Assembly: GCA_008690995.1 (NCBI GenBank)
Contig: VRMN01000008.1
Location: forward strand, 310,001 to 374,000
Source: Porphyridium purpureum
Lineage: Eukaryota
Direction of reading: 5' to 3'
DNA length: 64,000 bases
Shown here: one piece after another, positions 32,001-41,540 of the stretch
Layout of the letters: every line of letters starts with the position of its first letter
Numbering within the stretch: the first letter of the stretch is position 1
The notes under the pieces: model-generated
Seen by the model: only the letters and a program-made list of their open reading frames with translations
What the model was told of the DNA's origin: nothing
The model's database searches: none
Program-made: the position numbers and the translations under genes

Positions 32001-34256
32001 CGTCGAATTCAGCATGGGAATGGACACAAAAAGGATCATGTGTGAGATTGCTTCCGCACTGACCCCTTGATCATAACCATGTTGGCTCGCTCTAAGTGTG
32101 CAGAAATGCAAGTCGGGCCACAGTCCTGGAGCAATCAATGCCCTCGAGCGCTTGCTCACCACTGGGCGTCCTGCGTTCCAGATTTCAACTTGGATCCGCT
32201 CGTGTTCCGACACGCAGGTTTCGGCTCTGGGCAGAATCACACGTTCTCTGTGTGTACGCACTACCAGCACTTGAGATTCTGTCACATCGAGCGCCTGGTG
32301 GTCCGCTTTAGCTGAGATAACGCACGCTGTCTCAAAGCTACCCAATCCATACCGGCTGCCGAAGCCAAGAAGAGATCTTTGCACGGCCTGCCAATTTCGC
32401 AAGATGCGATGGATTCCTAATCTATGCTGAGGTTGTACGCAAAGGATTTTCATGTGAACGACGTCGCGTCCGCAAGCATTCATCGTATCTTGAGGGTACG
32501 CAATGCGCAGCTCAACCTGTCCGTCTACGCTTTGAGGTGAGCAGGAAGAGGCGTACAACGCAAAGGATGAAGATGAAGATGGCACAATGCTGGCAGGCGA
32601 ATTGCGCCAACAGGTAAGCGAAACCACGCACTTTGAAACCTGCCGGCTGTCACGGCTGATGCCCAGAAGGCCCAATGATTTGCACCCGAACACGAGTAAA
32701 AACAGATGGGAGCCTCTGCTCGGGCAGTTCTGCTGTTGGACGAATTTCGTTGCACAGACAAGTCGGTCAAACGCTTGCATGCTTCCGCCTGCCCCTTCAT
32801 GGTCGAATATACTGCCGAGCGATGCATAACTTTGTGCAGCTTCGTCATCAATGACCAAGCCGTACTCCAAAAGGAATAGCTGGTGCACCTGAGCCGCTTG
32901 TGGCGGAGTTCCCGTTGAATTCTCGAGACTATCGTCACCAAAAAAGGTCATTCCACAAAATAGGATGGTATTATGATCATGAGGACCACCAAAATCAAAG
33001 TCTCGAGATTGACTACCGGGTAACCACGACATCGTCCTTGCTTCGCGGCTGTCGGAGCTGCTAAATACTTGCCAGTTGGAGAAGGCCATCTTTGCCGGGT
33101 CAAAGCTGGCTTCGACACACATAAAAGTACCAGCCATGTGTTCTTTTGTGGAACCTGCAGTCGCTTTGAAACAAGGCACAGTCACGCGCAAGGAAAGCTC
33201 GGCAGAACAGTCCGCAAAGTACGAGTAGTCGGCCCAAGAGTGTGGTGACGTATCGCTTTCGTCGTCATCGAAATCAGTCCTGTTGTCGAAAGGACGTTTT
33301 AAGTCCTGCGATGAGGCAGAAGGCTTTCGCATCTCTCGCGAGTGGATGTTTTTGATGGGATGGACGACTGCGTTCACAGGATCACACCTGAAAAGATCTG
33401 TTCGGGAGGTGGGACCAACATACACTGTCAGGGCCTTGCCCTTGCAAATCGAGCGCGGTCCGAAATTCTGTGGGCAAAACAGAATTACCAGAAGCGTCAA
33501 GCAGTCGACAAAGACTCTCGCTCGAACGACATACGTGCCAGATGCGACAAGATCGATCTCCTGGGCACACACTATATCATATTCCGGTACACGACTGGCG
33601 TGAAGGTGTTGGTCTCGCACGTCTGGAAACGGAGCCTCCGAAGACGACCCAGATTTACATTGTGCCTTTGCGTGCGAGTCTGCCGGAATCAGACCCAGTC
33701 CGACACACGACAGCGTGATATTCCCGTGCCCGTGCAAGGTTGCTGTGAACACTGCCCAACATCCTGTGCTCGTGAGAACAAAAATGCTATCAGGCGCGTG
33801 CTCATGCGACTGTCTCTGAAGCGCTCGCACGGCCACACCCCCTCGAAGCCGGTAAGATGCCAGCACCGTAAAGCAACGTTCTTTGGAAAGTTCGTCGTTT
33901 GTCTCCAAGTGTGGATCACAGAGATGTACCGCAGTCGCCGTCAGCACGCACAGCAGCGGCGCTTCGCAAGTATCTCCAGTCCTCAGAAGAAACCTTCCAA
34001 ACGCCTGTGAGCGTACTGCGCTGCTCTCACTCACGGTTTGCGTGATCGACAACGCACTTTTCGTCAGCAGGGCATCGTCGCCAACAAATATTGAGCCGAC
34101 GTCTTTCCCTCGCGCGGGGAACATGAGCGCCTCCATGCCCAGCGTCGGGTACTTTTGCGCATGGGAGGAGTGCAGTGCGTCGTCGATCAATTCCCAGTGG
34201 CATCCGGCTTCAAAGCCGTCCCTTGTGCCGACTCCTCTGCTTGCTCCGCGCTCCAT
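29070..34256 (-). CDS. Large beta-propeller protein, divergent DDB1/CPSF-A/RSE1 family-like
   Basis: About 1730-aa uninterrupted ORF rich in beta-strand patterns; TLAG..IVVQVTPRRV, LAVSVW, FLACGTTDG..FRLGVTEV resemble DDB1 propeller segments; ATG at 34256. Confidence 0.5.
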   Translation of the reverse strand: MERGASRGVGTRDGFEAGCHWELIDDALHSSHAQKYPTLGMEALMFPARGKDVGSIFVGDDALLTKSALSITQTVSESSAVRSQAFGRFLLRTGDTCEAPLLCVLTATAVHLCDPHLETNDELSKERCFTVLASYRLRGGVAVRALQRQSHEHAPDSIFVLTSTGCWAVFTATLHGHGNITLSCVGLGLIPADSHAKAQCKSGSSSEAPFPDVRDQHLHASRVPEYDIVCAQEIDLVASGTYVVRARVFVDCLTLLVILFCPQNFGPRSICKGKALTVYVGPTSRTDLFRCDPVNAVVHPIKNIHSREMRKPSASSQDLKRPFDNRTDFDDDESDTSPHSWADYSYFADCSAELSLRVTVPCFKATAGSTKEHMAGTFMCVEASFDPAKMAFSNWQVFSSSDSREARTMSWLPGSQSRDFDFGGPHDHNTILFCGMTFFGDDSLENSTGTPPQAAQVHQLFLLEYGLVIDDEAAQSYASLGSIFDHEGAGGSMQAFDRLVCATKFVQQQNCPSRGSHLFLLVFGCKSLGLLGISRDSRQVSKCVVSLTCWRNSPASIVPSSSSSFALYASSCSPQSVDGQVELRIAYPQDTMNACGRDVVHMKILCVQPQHRLGIHRILRNWQAVQRSLLGFGSRYGLGSFETACVISAKADHQALDVTESQVLVVRTHRERVILPRAETCVSEHERIQVEIWNAGRPVVSKRSRALIAPGLWPDLHFCTLRASQHGYDQGVSAEAISHMILFVSIPMLNSTLVLKWKGEASGGLLSFDRSSAMDDMEEIHGACTSEMTLAGSMWSYTKAGKVIVVQVTPRRVLAYALDSDSFRVEHMRAAEQPDLLASSIYVDCRESKQLPMVVAFDSRGIVCFVLKAQHEGNDTLVWEERVVPVIGVSAICPFRHRNQDILAVSVWSSSFENSRQDGRFMIRWFGLPTLDWLGESPIWQALPEKEKKGKRSAGYEQRNIATVKSMCTFYSPHAGMRDEAKCSDVTFLACGTTDGLVYVLHVDELQVRPIFSFRLGVTEVHVKAGSDRSVSNGSTLLVMGDAGQHFAHVRVQPHAPGGSASFSSHSHTPYAFDVERLVPVTQDGFGQYQPTLASSLAIVPSQSPPIQHPVGSVAKNATRSSATAVWISADGVLHFGLVDERQTLVPLRVQELGMSAHENRLDTTMSANVRKVFFDRRLCVCLVSCLDGQLLVLNEALQLLAGHGLSKCFASPGECVIDARSITMRTRPRIVLLTHTSGAHADSPQRVSTSRLYILFFDYMGRVVVQSVRLNSLGARQLFISAMEVLEGEHALLALSAAQGSTSVWALEQDPACEQTVLAVCVDEFVTAHALVAEMVSVSVEEQVPLSARSFLIASLHVNGSVSLALLVLNGLGAAAQDIGCKLVCLKLPDSWRTVGAVQSVRFISPTELCVMDVLGNVLSLAICMHWQAQQVWTLLESILVSADPSLGTPRAARWIDESIGPWAIYSFSSPDLRCTLLPGAVLMDRVHLGIPVHHYSGEEEERDDAYSAFECDLISVSAEGHAELVHGFGLTGGDSTTQRLRSIPSELLKTIDRRLYWAHRVLVLKYAFRFFGLARFALTGLQEGDDEDHDRDGLTGSDHEQRLDADAALACSVLSFPLLCNRSVRVISLDFLLSRSTISAGRDAPCLLQTSLGKTESTDEDLDPFPLMGDDEDVHDSHVLQPYDDLLAFLGNHFAYGPEAPGVNIDHEKGSKDVIAEESTFSFHSK

Positions 34257-34373
34257 GGCTACGCTCAACACCAGCACAGGCGCGCGTGTGCGCGCACACC
34301 CGCACAACGGATACTCTACCTCTTCTCGCAACCTCTTTACTCGTTTCCAGTTTCCTCAATGCTACTCCTGTGC

Positions 34374-34754
34374 TTAGGTCTTCGCCACTTTTTCTACGTT
34401 GACGCCCTTCCAAAAAGCTCGATAAGTCTCCAAGTGCTTGTAGTTGGGCTGCTTGAGGTGCGGGTAGCTCCACACGGCGTCCACGAGTTCCTTGTCACCG
34501 ACGCGCACCGTCCAGTACTCGGCCTGACCTCCCTTGACGCCGCAGTACGAGGTGGTGGCGGTCTTGTGCAGCAAGTCGTGGTTCACAGAGTCCGCTGGAA
34601 AGTAGACGCGGCCATCCGCCTCGTAGTACGTATCTGTCTTGGCCAACTCTGCGCCCTCGTAGCTCGCAACAGCAACATAGTCGCGCACCGGCGCGGCAGT
34701 CGCCATCTGGGACTCAGCGGAAGATGAGGTCTTAAATTTGTCGAATAACCCCAT
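34374..34754 (-). CDS. DUF427 family protein
   Basis: GRVYFPADSV..T.SYCGVKGGQAEYW..DAVWSYP..AFWKGV; ATG (MGLFDK) at 34754. Confidence 0.85.
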   Translation of the reverse strand: MGLFDKFKTSSSAESQMATAAPVRDYVAVASYEGAELAKTDTYYEADGRVYFPADSVNHDLLHKTATTSYCGVKGGQAEYWTVRVGDKELVDAVWSYPHLKQPNYKHLETYRAFWKGVNVEKVAKT

Positions 34755-35071
34755 CGCTTGGACACGTGCGACTCTTTCTTCCTGCGCAACTCCTGTGGCC
34801 TGAAAGCGGGACGTTCGACGTGACCACGGTTTGAGACGCGACGGCAGGCGCAAAAACTTTACTCTTCAGAAGCCTACCCTTCCGACTGTACATTCAGCAA
34901 GCCGTTGGGTGTGTAGGCTTTATATTTTCTTTCATGCCCTTCACCCCTCTGTGTCCCATTTCATTTTGTCTGGGTTCCTTTCTCCACTTTCTGTTCACGA
35001 GTTTCCAGTTTCTTCTCCACAGGTTTGTCGCTGCTGCTTGAGAGAGGAGAACCGAAAGGGAATCCTGGAAC

Positions 35072-36289
35072 ATGGAGTGCGCCCAGCGCCACGACCTGCC
35101 AGACGCTGTTTTGGCCTTGATTCTGCGCAGGTTGAGCATGTTTGAGCTGGTAGGAAGCGCACTGCTCGTGAACAAGCAGTGGAATCAAGTCACTCGTAGG
35201 GAGTTGGGCGAGGTGCGGTTCCTCGATCTTGCTGCGATTGCACGGACGTCAAAGACATTTATTTTAGACGCCTTCCGAATTGTCAAGCTGCTCGCATTCT
35301 TGCCCCGGCTGAAAAGTATTTCGGTGCACAATTGGCCACTCCGCAACGTAGACGTGGCCGCCGTCGTGCTTCGGTACGTGAAGTCTGAGCACATCCGTCA
35401 AGTGAACCTATCTGGTCATGTGTTTGAGCAGGAGCAACTGAAAGAGTTTCTACTTGCGTGCCCGAACGTAACTCATTTGGTCCTAGCGCGTTGTGACAAG
35501 GTTGACGCAAAAATGCTCCGGCAAGCTTGCGACCTTCTGAAACATTCATTGATGAGTGTGGATGTTTCAGAGTGCCCGAAAATCGATCGGGATGCCATTC
35601 AAGTATTGCTGGCGGCCGGCGTTGAGAATGTACGCGCGCACAGCTGTGCATCTCTCACGGGCGCGGTGTCACTATCAACCGTTTCAGCGGGGCACAAACG
35701 TGCGTCCGTTCTGCCATCGGGAGTAAATCTGGATCTGAGTCATTGCAAAAACATGAAGCAATTACAGATTCTAGGCAGCGCTCTGCGCATCAAGACGCTC
35801 ACCATGAATGGTGCGATAAGCTTGCTTGAAATATATCTAGTTGACGAGACGCTTTTGCAGCTTGAAAGCATCATTGCAGCTCAATGCGGAAAGTTGAGCA
35901 GCATTCGGATTGCGAGCTCTGAAGGCTCCGTGAACGAAAATCTGAGCCTCCCAAAGCTGGCCTCGCTAAATTTCTATGGCGCCAGACAGCTCGGATCAGA
36001 GTCTGTGGGGAGAATTTGCCATGCTTCATCGTCATCTTTACGGTACTTGAACCTCAATGGCGTATGTGGTCCTGAATTCCGCACACTTTCGGCAAGTCTA
36101 CCCTCGCTGCGAGAGTGTGATTTGCGAGGCTGTCGGTATCTAGAGGCGGTACATCTCGCGTTTGGTCCCTCGCTAGAAGCTCTAATGTTCAGCAGGAAGT
36201 CGCCGCTGACCGACGTTGTATTGTGTGCCGTGCCGCGAAGTGCGGACATCACTGGAGCACGTCCGTCCTTTCAAATATATTTCTTGTAA
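35072..36289 (+). CDS. F-box/leucine-rich repeat protein
   Basis: N-terminal DLPDAVLALILRRL..VNKQWNQV F-box; cysteine-containing LRRs (VDVSECPKI, LDLSHCKNM, CDLRGCRYL). Confidence 0.85.
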   Translation: MECAQRHDLPDAVLALILRRLSMFELVGSALLVNKQWNQVTRRELGEVRFLDLAAIARTSKTFILDAFRIVKLLAFLPRLKSISVHNWPLRNVDVAAVVLRYVKSEHIRQVNLSGHVFEQEQLKEFLLACPNVTHLVLARCDKVDAKMLRQACDLLKHSLMSVDVSECPKIDRDAIQVLLAAGVENVRAHSCASLTGAVSLSTVSAGHKRASVLPSGVNLDLSHCKNMKQLQILGSALRIKTLTMNGAISLLEIYLVDETLLQLESIIAAQCGKLSSIRIASSEGSVNENLSLPKLASLNFYGARQLGSESVGRICHASSSSLRYLNLNGVCGPEFRTLSASLPSLRECDLRGCRYLEAVHLAFGPSLEALMFSRKSPLTDVVLCAVPRSADITGARPSFQIYFL

Positions 36290-36550
36290 AAACACTGGAG
36301 CAAGAAGCGAAATGATTCAGGGACAGTCAAACTTCGTGAATAAAACAGCAACACGACTTCACAGTGCACTTTGTCCTCTTGATATGAAAGCAGTACGACG
36401 CGTTTCGCCTGCCACGACTAGCAAAAGATTAGTGGGTTAGGATGCACAGGGGACACTGCTTGAAAGCGAGATATCGAGGACGGCGGCGGCTCAGAGTGAG
36501 CGGAACAGTGTTGATCCATTGAAGCTCGTCGCCAGCTCCAATTTGACTAC

Positions 36551-37588
36551 ATGGGGCGCAATATTAGCATGGTGGAGGAGAAGAAAAGGACGTATTCAGG
36601 CTCTCTGGGTGTCAGGCAACATCGTGACAGCCATTGCGTCCCAAACTGGGCACTCTAAGAACGTGGGTATCCGCTACTTGTCTGCTCCAAACGACTACGG
36701 CCAGAAGTATGCCACCAAGAACGCTTGGATGCTAATGGAGGCGATCAAAACGAGGATATACAAAATCGCTAAGCTTCTGACCATTCACACGGTTCGTCAG
36801 TTTCAAGCAGCTCTGCGCATTCGTGTAGCAAAACCAGTCCAAAGTTTGACGACAATCAGGAAGGCAATGAGTGCCGCGCATGCATCCCGCAAAATTCCAG
36901 CTTGTCCACCACTACCACTCAACCGAAAGCTCAAGAGGTTGCCCTAGGGCAAACCAATGTTAGTTGGAACAGATGAACTGGGCCGCACTTGTGTTCACTG
37001 GCGAAAAGAAGTTCAACCTGGACGGACCAGATAGTTTCCGAAAGACGTGACTTGAGCGCACGGCGGACGCGCTAGACGTCTGATCGCGACATTCCGGCGG
37101 CGGTGAATGCAAGATTTGGTCGCGCAATTTCTGCGAGAGGAAAGATTCACCTTCATTTTATTGAGGGGACAATTACGACTGCAAAATATGTTTCTATGCT
37201 TTGGGATGACCATGTGCTGGACCGCTGCCGTCAGATGGTGAACCCGAATGTGGTGTTTCTGCAGGATAACGCGCCAGTGCACGCAAGTCGCCTGGTTAAT
37301 AATATCATGAACAATGAGAATGTTGAGCTTCTAGACAGGCCAGCGTATTCGCCGGACTTTAATATCATCGAGCAATTATGGAGGATACTAGCGCGCAATG
37401 TTTACGAGGGTGCAAGGCAGTATGAGACGGTGCTGGAGCTCAAGTATGCCAGTTTACTAGCTTGGGAGAGTATGGACCAGCCTGTACTGGCCACTTTGTA
37501 CGCCTCTCTACCGAACGCATATTTAACTTTGCGTACCTTAGAGGCGCACAATTGCAAGGAAACCGCGACCAAATGCGATTCTTTATAG
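36551..37588 (+). mobile_element. Degenerate Tc1/mariner (Tc3-like, DD34E) transposase remnant
   Basis: MGRN..[frameshift]GRIQAL..RYLSAPNDYG; WAALVFTGEKKFNLDGPD (first D mutated to G at 37000); QDNAPVH..PAYSPDFNIIE with 34 residues between D and E; stops and frameshifts; TIRs not identified. Confidence 0.85.
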
Positions 37589-37749
37589 CTGAGTAATGGC
37601 CAAACACGCGCGTTGTCCCTGTTGTAGGAAACGCCTTCCCACTCTGTGTGCACCGCGTGTCACAGTCCCTCGACTGTACACACACGGTGCTCACCTCCTG
37701 TTCTTCCTTGCTGCCAAAGGACCGTTGTGCAGCTTCCCAACACCTTGTA

Positions 37750-38008
37750 TGTCAATCCCTACGGATCCGAGAGCCGAGTTGCCAAGCTATCTCGGCGACC
37801 CAAGAAAGTTTTATGAACTCTTCTTCTTTTCTGTCGACTCTGTCTGTTTACTTTTTGACGGCTAGGCCGGCCGCGACTCGGCGTAGTTTTATACTAGGGC
37901 TAGCAGGGAGAGAGATGGAGACCCTCATCATAACCAAGTGGTTATATTGAGGGGGGCTGTACCCATGTGGGTACAGCGGTAGTTAATTAATTATTTAATT
38001 AATTGACA
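37750..38008 (-). repeat. 3' LTR (259 bp)
   Basis: TGTCAAT..ATTGACA termini; identical by eye to 43169-43427. Confidence 0.95.
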
Positions 38009-38454
38009 CTCCAGTATTTTTCTGCTGGGCCATGTTATAAAATTCATTAAAACATGAGACCAACGTGGGGCAGGGGCGCACGAGATGACGAGAAGAGGAG
38101 CAAGTTCATCTCGATGAGAACAGATTGCGAGAATGAAATTTCGAGAACGCCAACGCAGCGAGTACCCGAGGAAAGTCCCCCGCACGAAAAAGCTGACCTA
38201 TTGGCGACGGAGAAGGCGTTTCGCGAGGGACTGCGCAAGGCGAGAATCGGTTTGCGGGCAGAATCACTTGGGTGCATGTCGGACACGGTGCCTGCGATGG
38301 GCGAACGGTCGTCGGAATCATCCATGGTGTGCCACGAAACCGTTGCAGACAGAACTTGAACGGAAATGGTCGGCGTCTTGACCATGAACTTGCATGGGTT
38401 ACGCTGCGAGCTGGCGTCAGCACCTACAAATGGTGCGACAGGACGCGGGCCTGA

Positions 38455-41400
38455 TTATTGGTCGGGCGAATGCTTGATCGGTGCCGTGCTGAGATGAACT
38501 GGATGGACGAGCCGTCCGTCTCTGTAGAATGTTAGCCACATGGACTCCCGGGTGCCCTGCTTGGTCAAGGAGTCTGCTATGTTGTCCGGAGCACGAATGT
38601 GTGACAGATCCGTGACGGCATTCTCGCGCACAGCATCACGTAGAATGGTAACGTCGATCATCAAACGCTTCTCCTGAATGGTACGACAACGATGGACAGT
38701 GTCAAAGATTGACTGCAAATCGGTAAAGAGCCGAATCGGTATCGGCACATTATAAATGGGCAACAACGAGTCGCGAAGCGCAAGAACAAAGTCAAGGCAA
38801 TCGGACAGCGCATAAATTTCAGCGGCAAGAACGGAGCGAACGACGCGAGTTGACTTGAACGATCGCGCTTGCAGAAAATGGGCCAGACCCGTGGCGTCGC
38901 GCAAGAAAATAGTCCACCCGAGACGGCTGCGCAACGTGTCGTCAACAGAAAAGGCCGCATCTGCGTATGCACATAGTTCTAGCGAGTTTGCAAGAGGAAT
39001 AAACGGCAAGGCGAAGTTGCGAGTATCCATAAGCTTGCGACGAATGGTAGAAAGCCAACCAGCGTTATCGACTTTGTCTGGTACTGCGGTGTACAAATCT
39101 GGTCGGGACAGCGACGCTAGCCAGCGAAATTTGCCGCGAACCTGAGGCAACGGTAATGTTGTCAAATCACATGATAAAAGGCTGTCGACGAAGGCTGTGG
39201 ACGAGATGCGAATAGGATTGGATAGTACGACACAACCATTGAAGTTCATGGGCGGACTTTCCACAGCGGACATGACAAAAGCTTCCAAGACTTGTTGAAG
39301 GTCGTGGACAAATTGGTCAGTGCCGCAGTATATAAGATTGTCGCTCAGGACGCCAACTAGGCCAAAAGAAGAATAGAAGAAGCACATGTCAAGGGGCGAA
39401 ACACTCAAATGCAAAGTACATAGAGCATCATGGATAGTAAACCACCAGTATGTACCAGCTTCCGTGAGGCCATACAGTGGCTTCAACAGCTTCAAATAGA
39501 TTCGCGACCCCGAACACGGCGAGGATATTGCTGTGGCAAATAAATTGCTGAGCGGTGACCGCAAAACAAGGAAGATAGGACGCCGCAGCGCGCTCGAACT
39601 CTGCACGTACGCCTTCTTCGCATCAATTGTAAACAGCTGCCAGCCGCGGTTGGCTGCGATACTAAGAATGACACGGAAGCCCCACATGGATAGCATTGGG
39701 CTCTCAACGACGATATTCTTCTTGTCTGGATCCAAGTTGCCAAGCGCAACAAGTCTGGATTTTGGAATCGGATTGGCAGTTTCCGCATTTTTGAAAACAC
39801 GAACCATGGACGCTGGTAGGATAATTGCACATTCGGCAATTTTGTCCGCACGCTCAAAAACGCCACGAGAATAAAGCCACTTGAGTTCTTCCATGTCGCT
39901 GTTGTAAAACTGCTCTCGTAAGGCTGTGTTGGAGCGAAATTCAGCCGCGGTGACAGGTCGTGTTAGTAGCGCGGACGTTGATATGTGATCATCTGAGATG
40001 TAGCGTCTGACGTGATTCACATGATAATGTCGCACCGAGCCTGTTGGCGGCATACAAATACCGACCGAATTGCCAGATACGGAACTGCATAGATAAGGGC
40101 CTTCGTAGCGTGTGTACTTGCGGCCCCTTTTGGTAGATTCGCGAGCCACAAGAACGAAGGCCCCTGGCTCAGGGTAAAGATCGTCTGAAGGCGTGGCGGC
40201 TTGATGCCGTCGTCGCAGTGCCGTATTCAAATAGGATTTCGCAATGTGTTCTTCGAAGCTTCTGCGAGCGATGAGGATTGCACGAATGCGTTGCGCTTGC
40301 GAAGGAACGGACTCAACTGACGCGATGAGAAGGCGCGGCAGTGTTCCAAAAACCATCAAGCACGGAGGAATAGACGAATGGCTGGGAGAGCTGTTGGCAA
40401 TGAGAAAGCACTGCGAAAGAGCTTCGTCGTCATCCGCGTCAACATCAGCTTCCACAATCTTGTCATACATGTCACGAATGATTCCATGCGCGCGTTCGAC
40501 GCGACCGATACTATGATGACCTTCGATGGGCTGCACAGCCACATGCACAGAATAAGCCGACGCTAGAGACTTGAATTCGGCGCTATCGTACGTTGAGCCG
40601 GCGTCGACTTTGATGATGTGCGGATAGCCAGTGTACGCAGTTGCCCAACACAAAGTAAACATTTCCCATAGCGCCCGCGCGGTACAATCTTCTGGCATCC
40701 ACTGCCCAACCTGGAACCTCGTGCTTTCGCATATGATATGCATGACCGCGCGCTGACGTTGTGTCGACGATTGAAGGAGTGAGAAGTGATCCATAACCAC
40801 TGTATGATTGAAAACTACATCAACAGAAGCGGACAATTGGAAATGACGCGGTGCTCGAGCAAATCGTTGACATATGTGGCAGGACTTGGTCAGTTCGCGA
40901 AGAGAGTTGATATCATCATTGGATAGCGGAGCGTCAGCCACATCAAAAATGTGTGCCAGACGGTCCGCCGACGCGTGTGCAAACTTGCGATGAATTTTCC
41001 GAAGCTCGGCGTATGTCAATAATACATTGGACACATGTTCAAAGTCCGGTACCAGAAAAAGACGGCGAAGACGTCGAACTAATGGGTAGCGAACGCTTTC
41101 GAAAACCAGTGAATTGTCCAAGTTGTTCACGTAGCACCGAGCCGCATCCAAATCTTCTAAACCGAGGACCATCGGTGGCCAATTTGGATCAGTTTGACGA
41201 CGAGTATCCAGAACGTCAACATCAAAGGTTAAAATCAAATCAGATGTGATGGGAAGACGAGCAGTCCCGGAGCCCAGCGAATGCAGCAGACCGATGTCCA
41301 AAGAATGACTGTGGAATTTGGCCGAGCGTAAAGTAGTGCTCTGGTTTGCAACGCGACAAAATTCAAGCCATTGCGGAAGTGAACAGAAACTTTTCACTGC

Positions 41401-41505
41401 ACCTGTATCCACGCATATGCCCCAAAAGGACTTTCGCCATGATACGTTGATCGCACTGTGGCTGCGCATGATGCGCGCCGCATTATTTTGAAGTAAGGCC
41501 CACAT
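38455..41505 (-). CDS. pol: Copia Pol: aspartic protease, integrase, reverse transcriptase (DD motif reads LSDN), RNase H
   Basis: VDTGA; HRKFAH..CHIC zinc finger; D,D,E core (VMDH, KVDAG, RVERAH); KSRLVALG, IDAKKAY, KPLYGL; YADA, AAE, FTD, NIADSLTK. Confidence 0.9.
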   Translation of the reverse strand: MWALLQNNAARIMRSHSAINVSWRKSFWGICVDTGAVKSFCSLPQWLEFCRVANQSTTLRSAKFHSHSLDIGLLHSLGSGTARLPITSDLILTFDVDVLDTRRQTDPNWPPMVLGLEDLDAARCYVNNLDNSLVFESVRYPLVRRLRRLFLVPDFEHVSNVLLTYAELRKIHRKFAHASADRLAHIFDVADAPLSNDDINSLRELTKSCHICQRFARAPRHFQLSASVDVVFNHTVVMDHFSLLQSSTQRQRAVMHIICESTRFQVGQWMPEDCTARALWEMFTLCWATAYTGYPHIIKVDAGSTYDSAEFKSLASAYSVHVAVQPIEGHHSIGRVERAHGIIRDMYDKIVEADVDADDDEALSQCFLIANSSPSHSSIPPCLMVFGTLPRLLIASVESVPSQAQRIRAILIARRSFEEHIAKSYLNTALRRRHQAATPSDDLYPEPGAFVLVARESTKRGRKYTRYEGPYLCSSVSGNSVGICMPPTGSVRHYHVNHVRRYISDDHISTSALLTRPVTAAEFRSNTALREQFYNSDMEELKWLYSRGVFERADKIAECAIILPASMVRVFKNAETANPIPKSRLVALGNLDPDKKNIVVESPMLSMWGFRVILSIAANRGWQLFTIDAKKAYVQSSSALRRPIFLVLRSPLSNLFATAISSPCSGSRIYLKLLKPLYGLTEAGTYWWFTIHDALCTLHLSVSPLDMCFFYSSFGLVGVLSDNLIYCGTDQFVHDLQQVLEAFVMSAVESPPMNFNGCVVLSNPIRISSTAFVDSLLSCDLTTLPLPQVRGKFRWLASLSRPDLYTAVPDKVDNAGWLSTIRRKLMDTRNFALPFIPLANSLELCAYADAAFSVDDTLRSRLGWTIFLRDATGLAHFLQARSFKSTRVVRSVLAAEIYALSDCLDFVLALRDSLLPIYNVPIPIRLFTDLQSIFDTVHRCRTIQEKRLMIDVTILRDAVRENAVTDLSHIRAPDNIADSLTKQGTRESMWLTFYRDGRLVHPVHLSTAPIKHSPDQ

Positions 41506-41540
41506 GTCGTAGTCCGAATATAGGGGTCCCGAATTGGTTA

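Noticed and set aside
36318..37621. CAGGGACA/TGTCCCTG as possible Tc1 terminal inverted repeats
   Set aside because: Only 8 bp match and no flanking TA duplication
38047..38423. ORFs of about 100 aa on both strands between pol and the 3' LTR (possible extra/env-like gene)
   Set aside because: Short, no TM or known motif; compatible with chance in a 3' UTR
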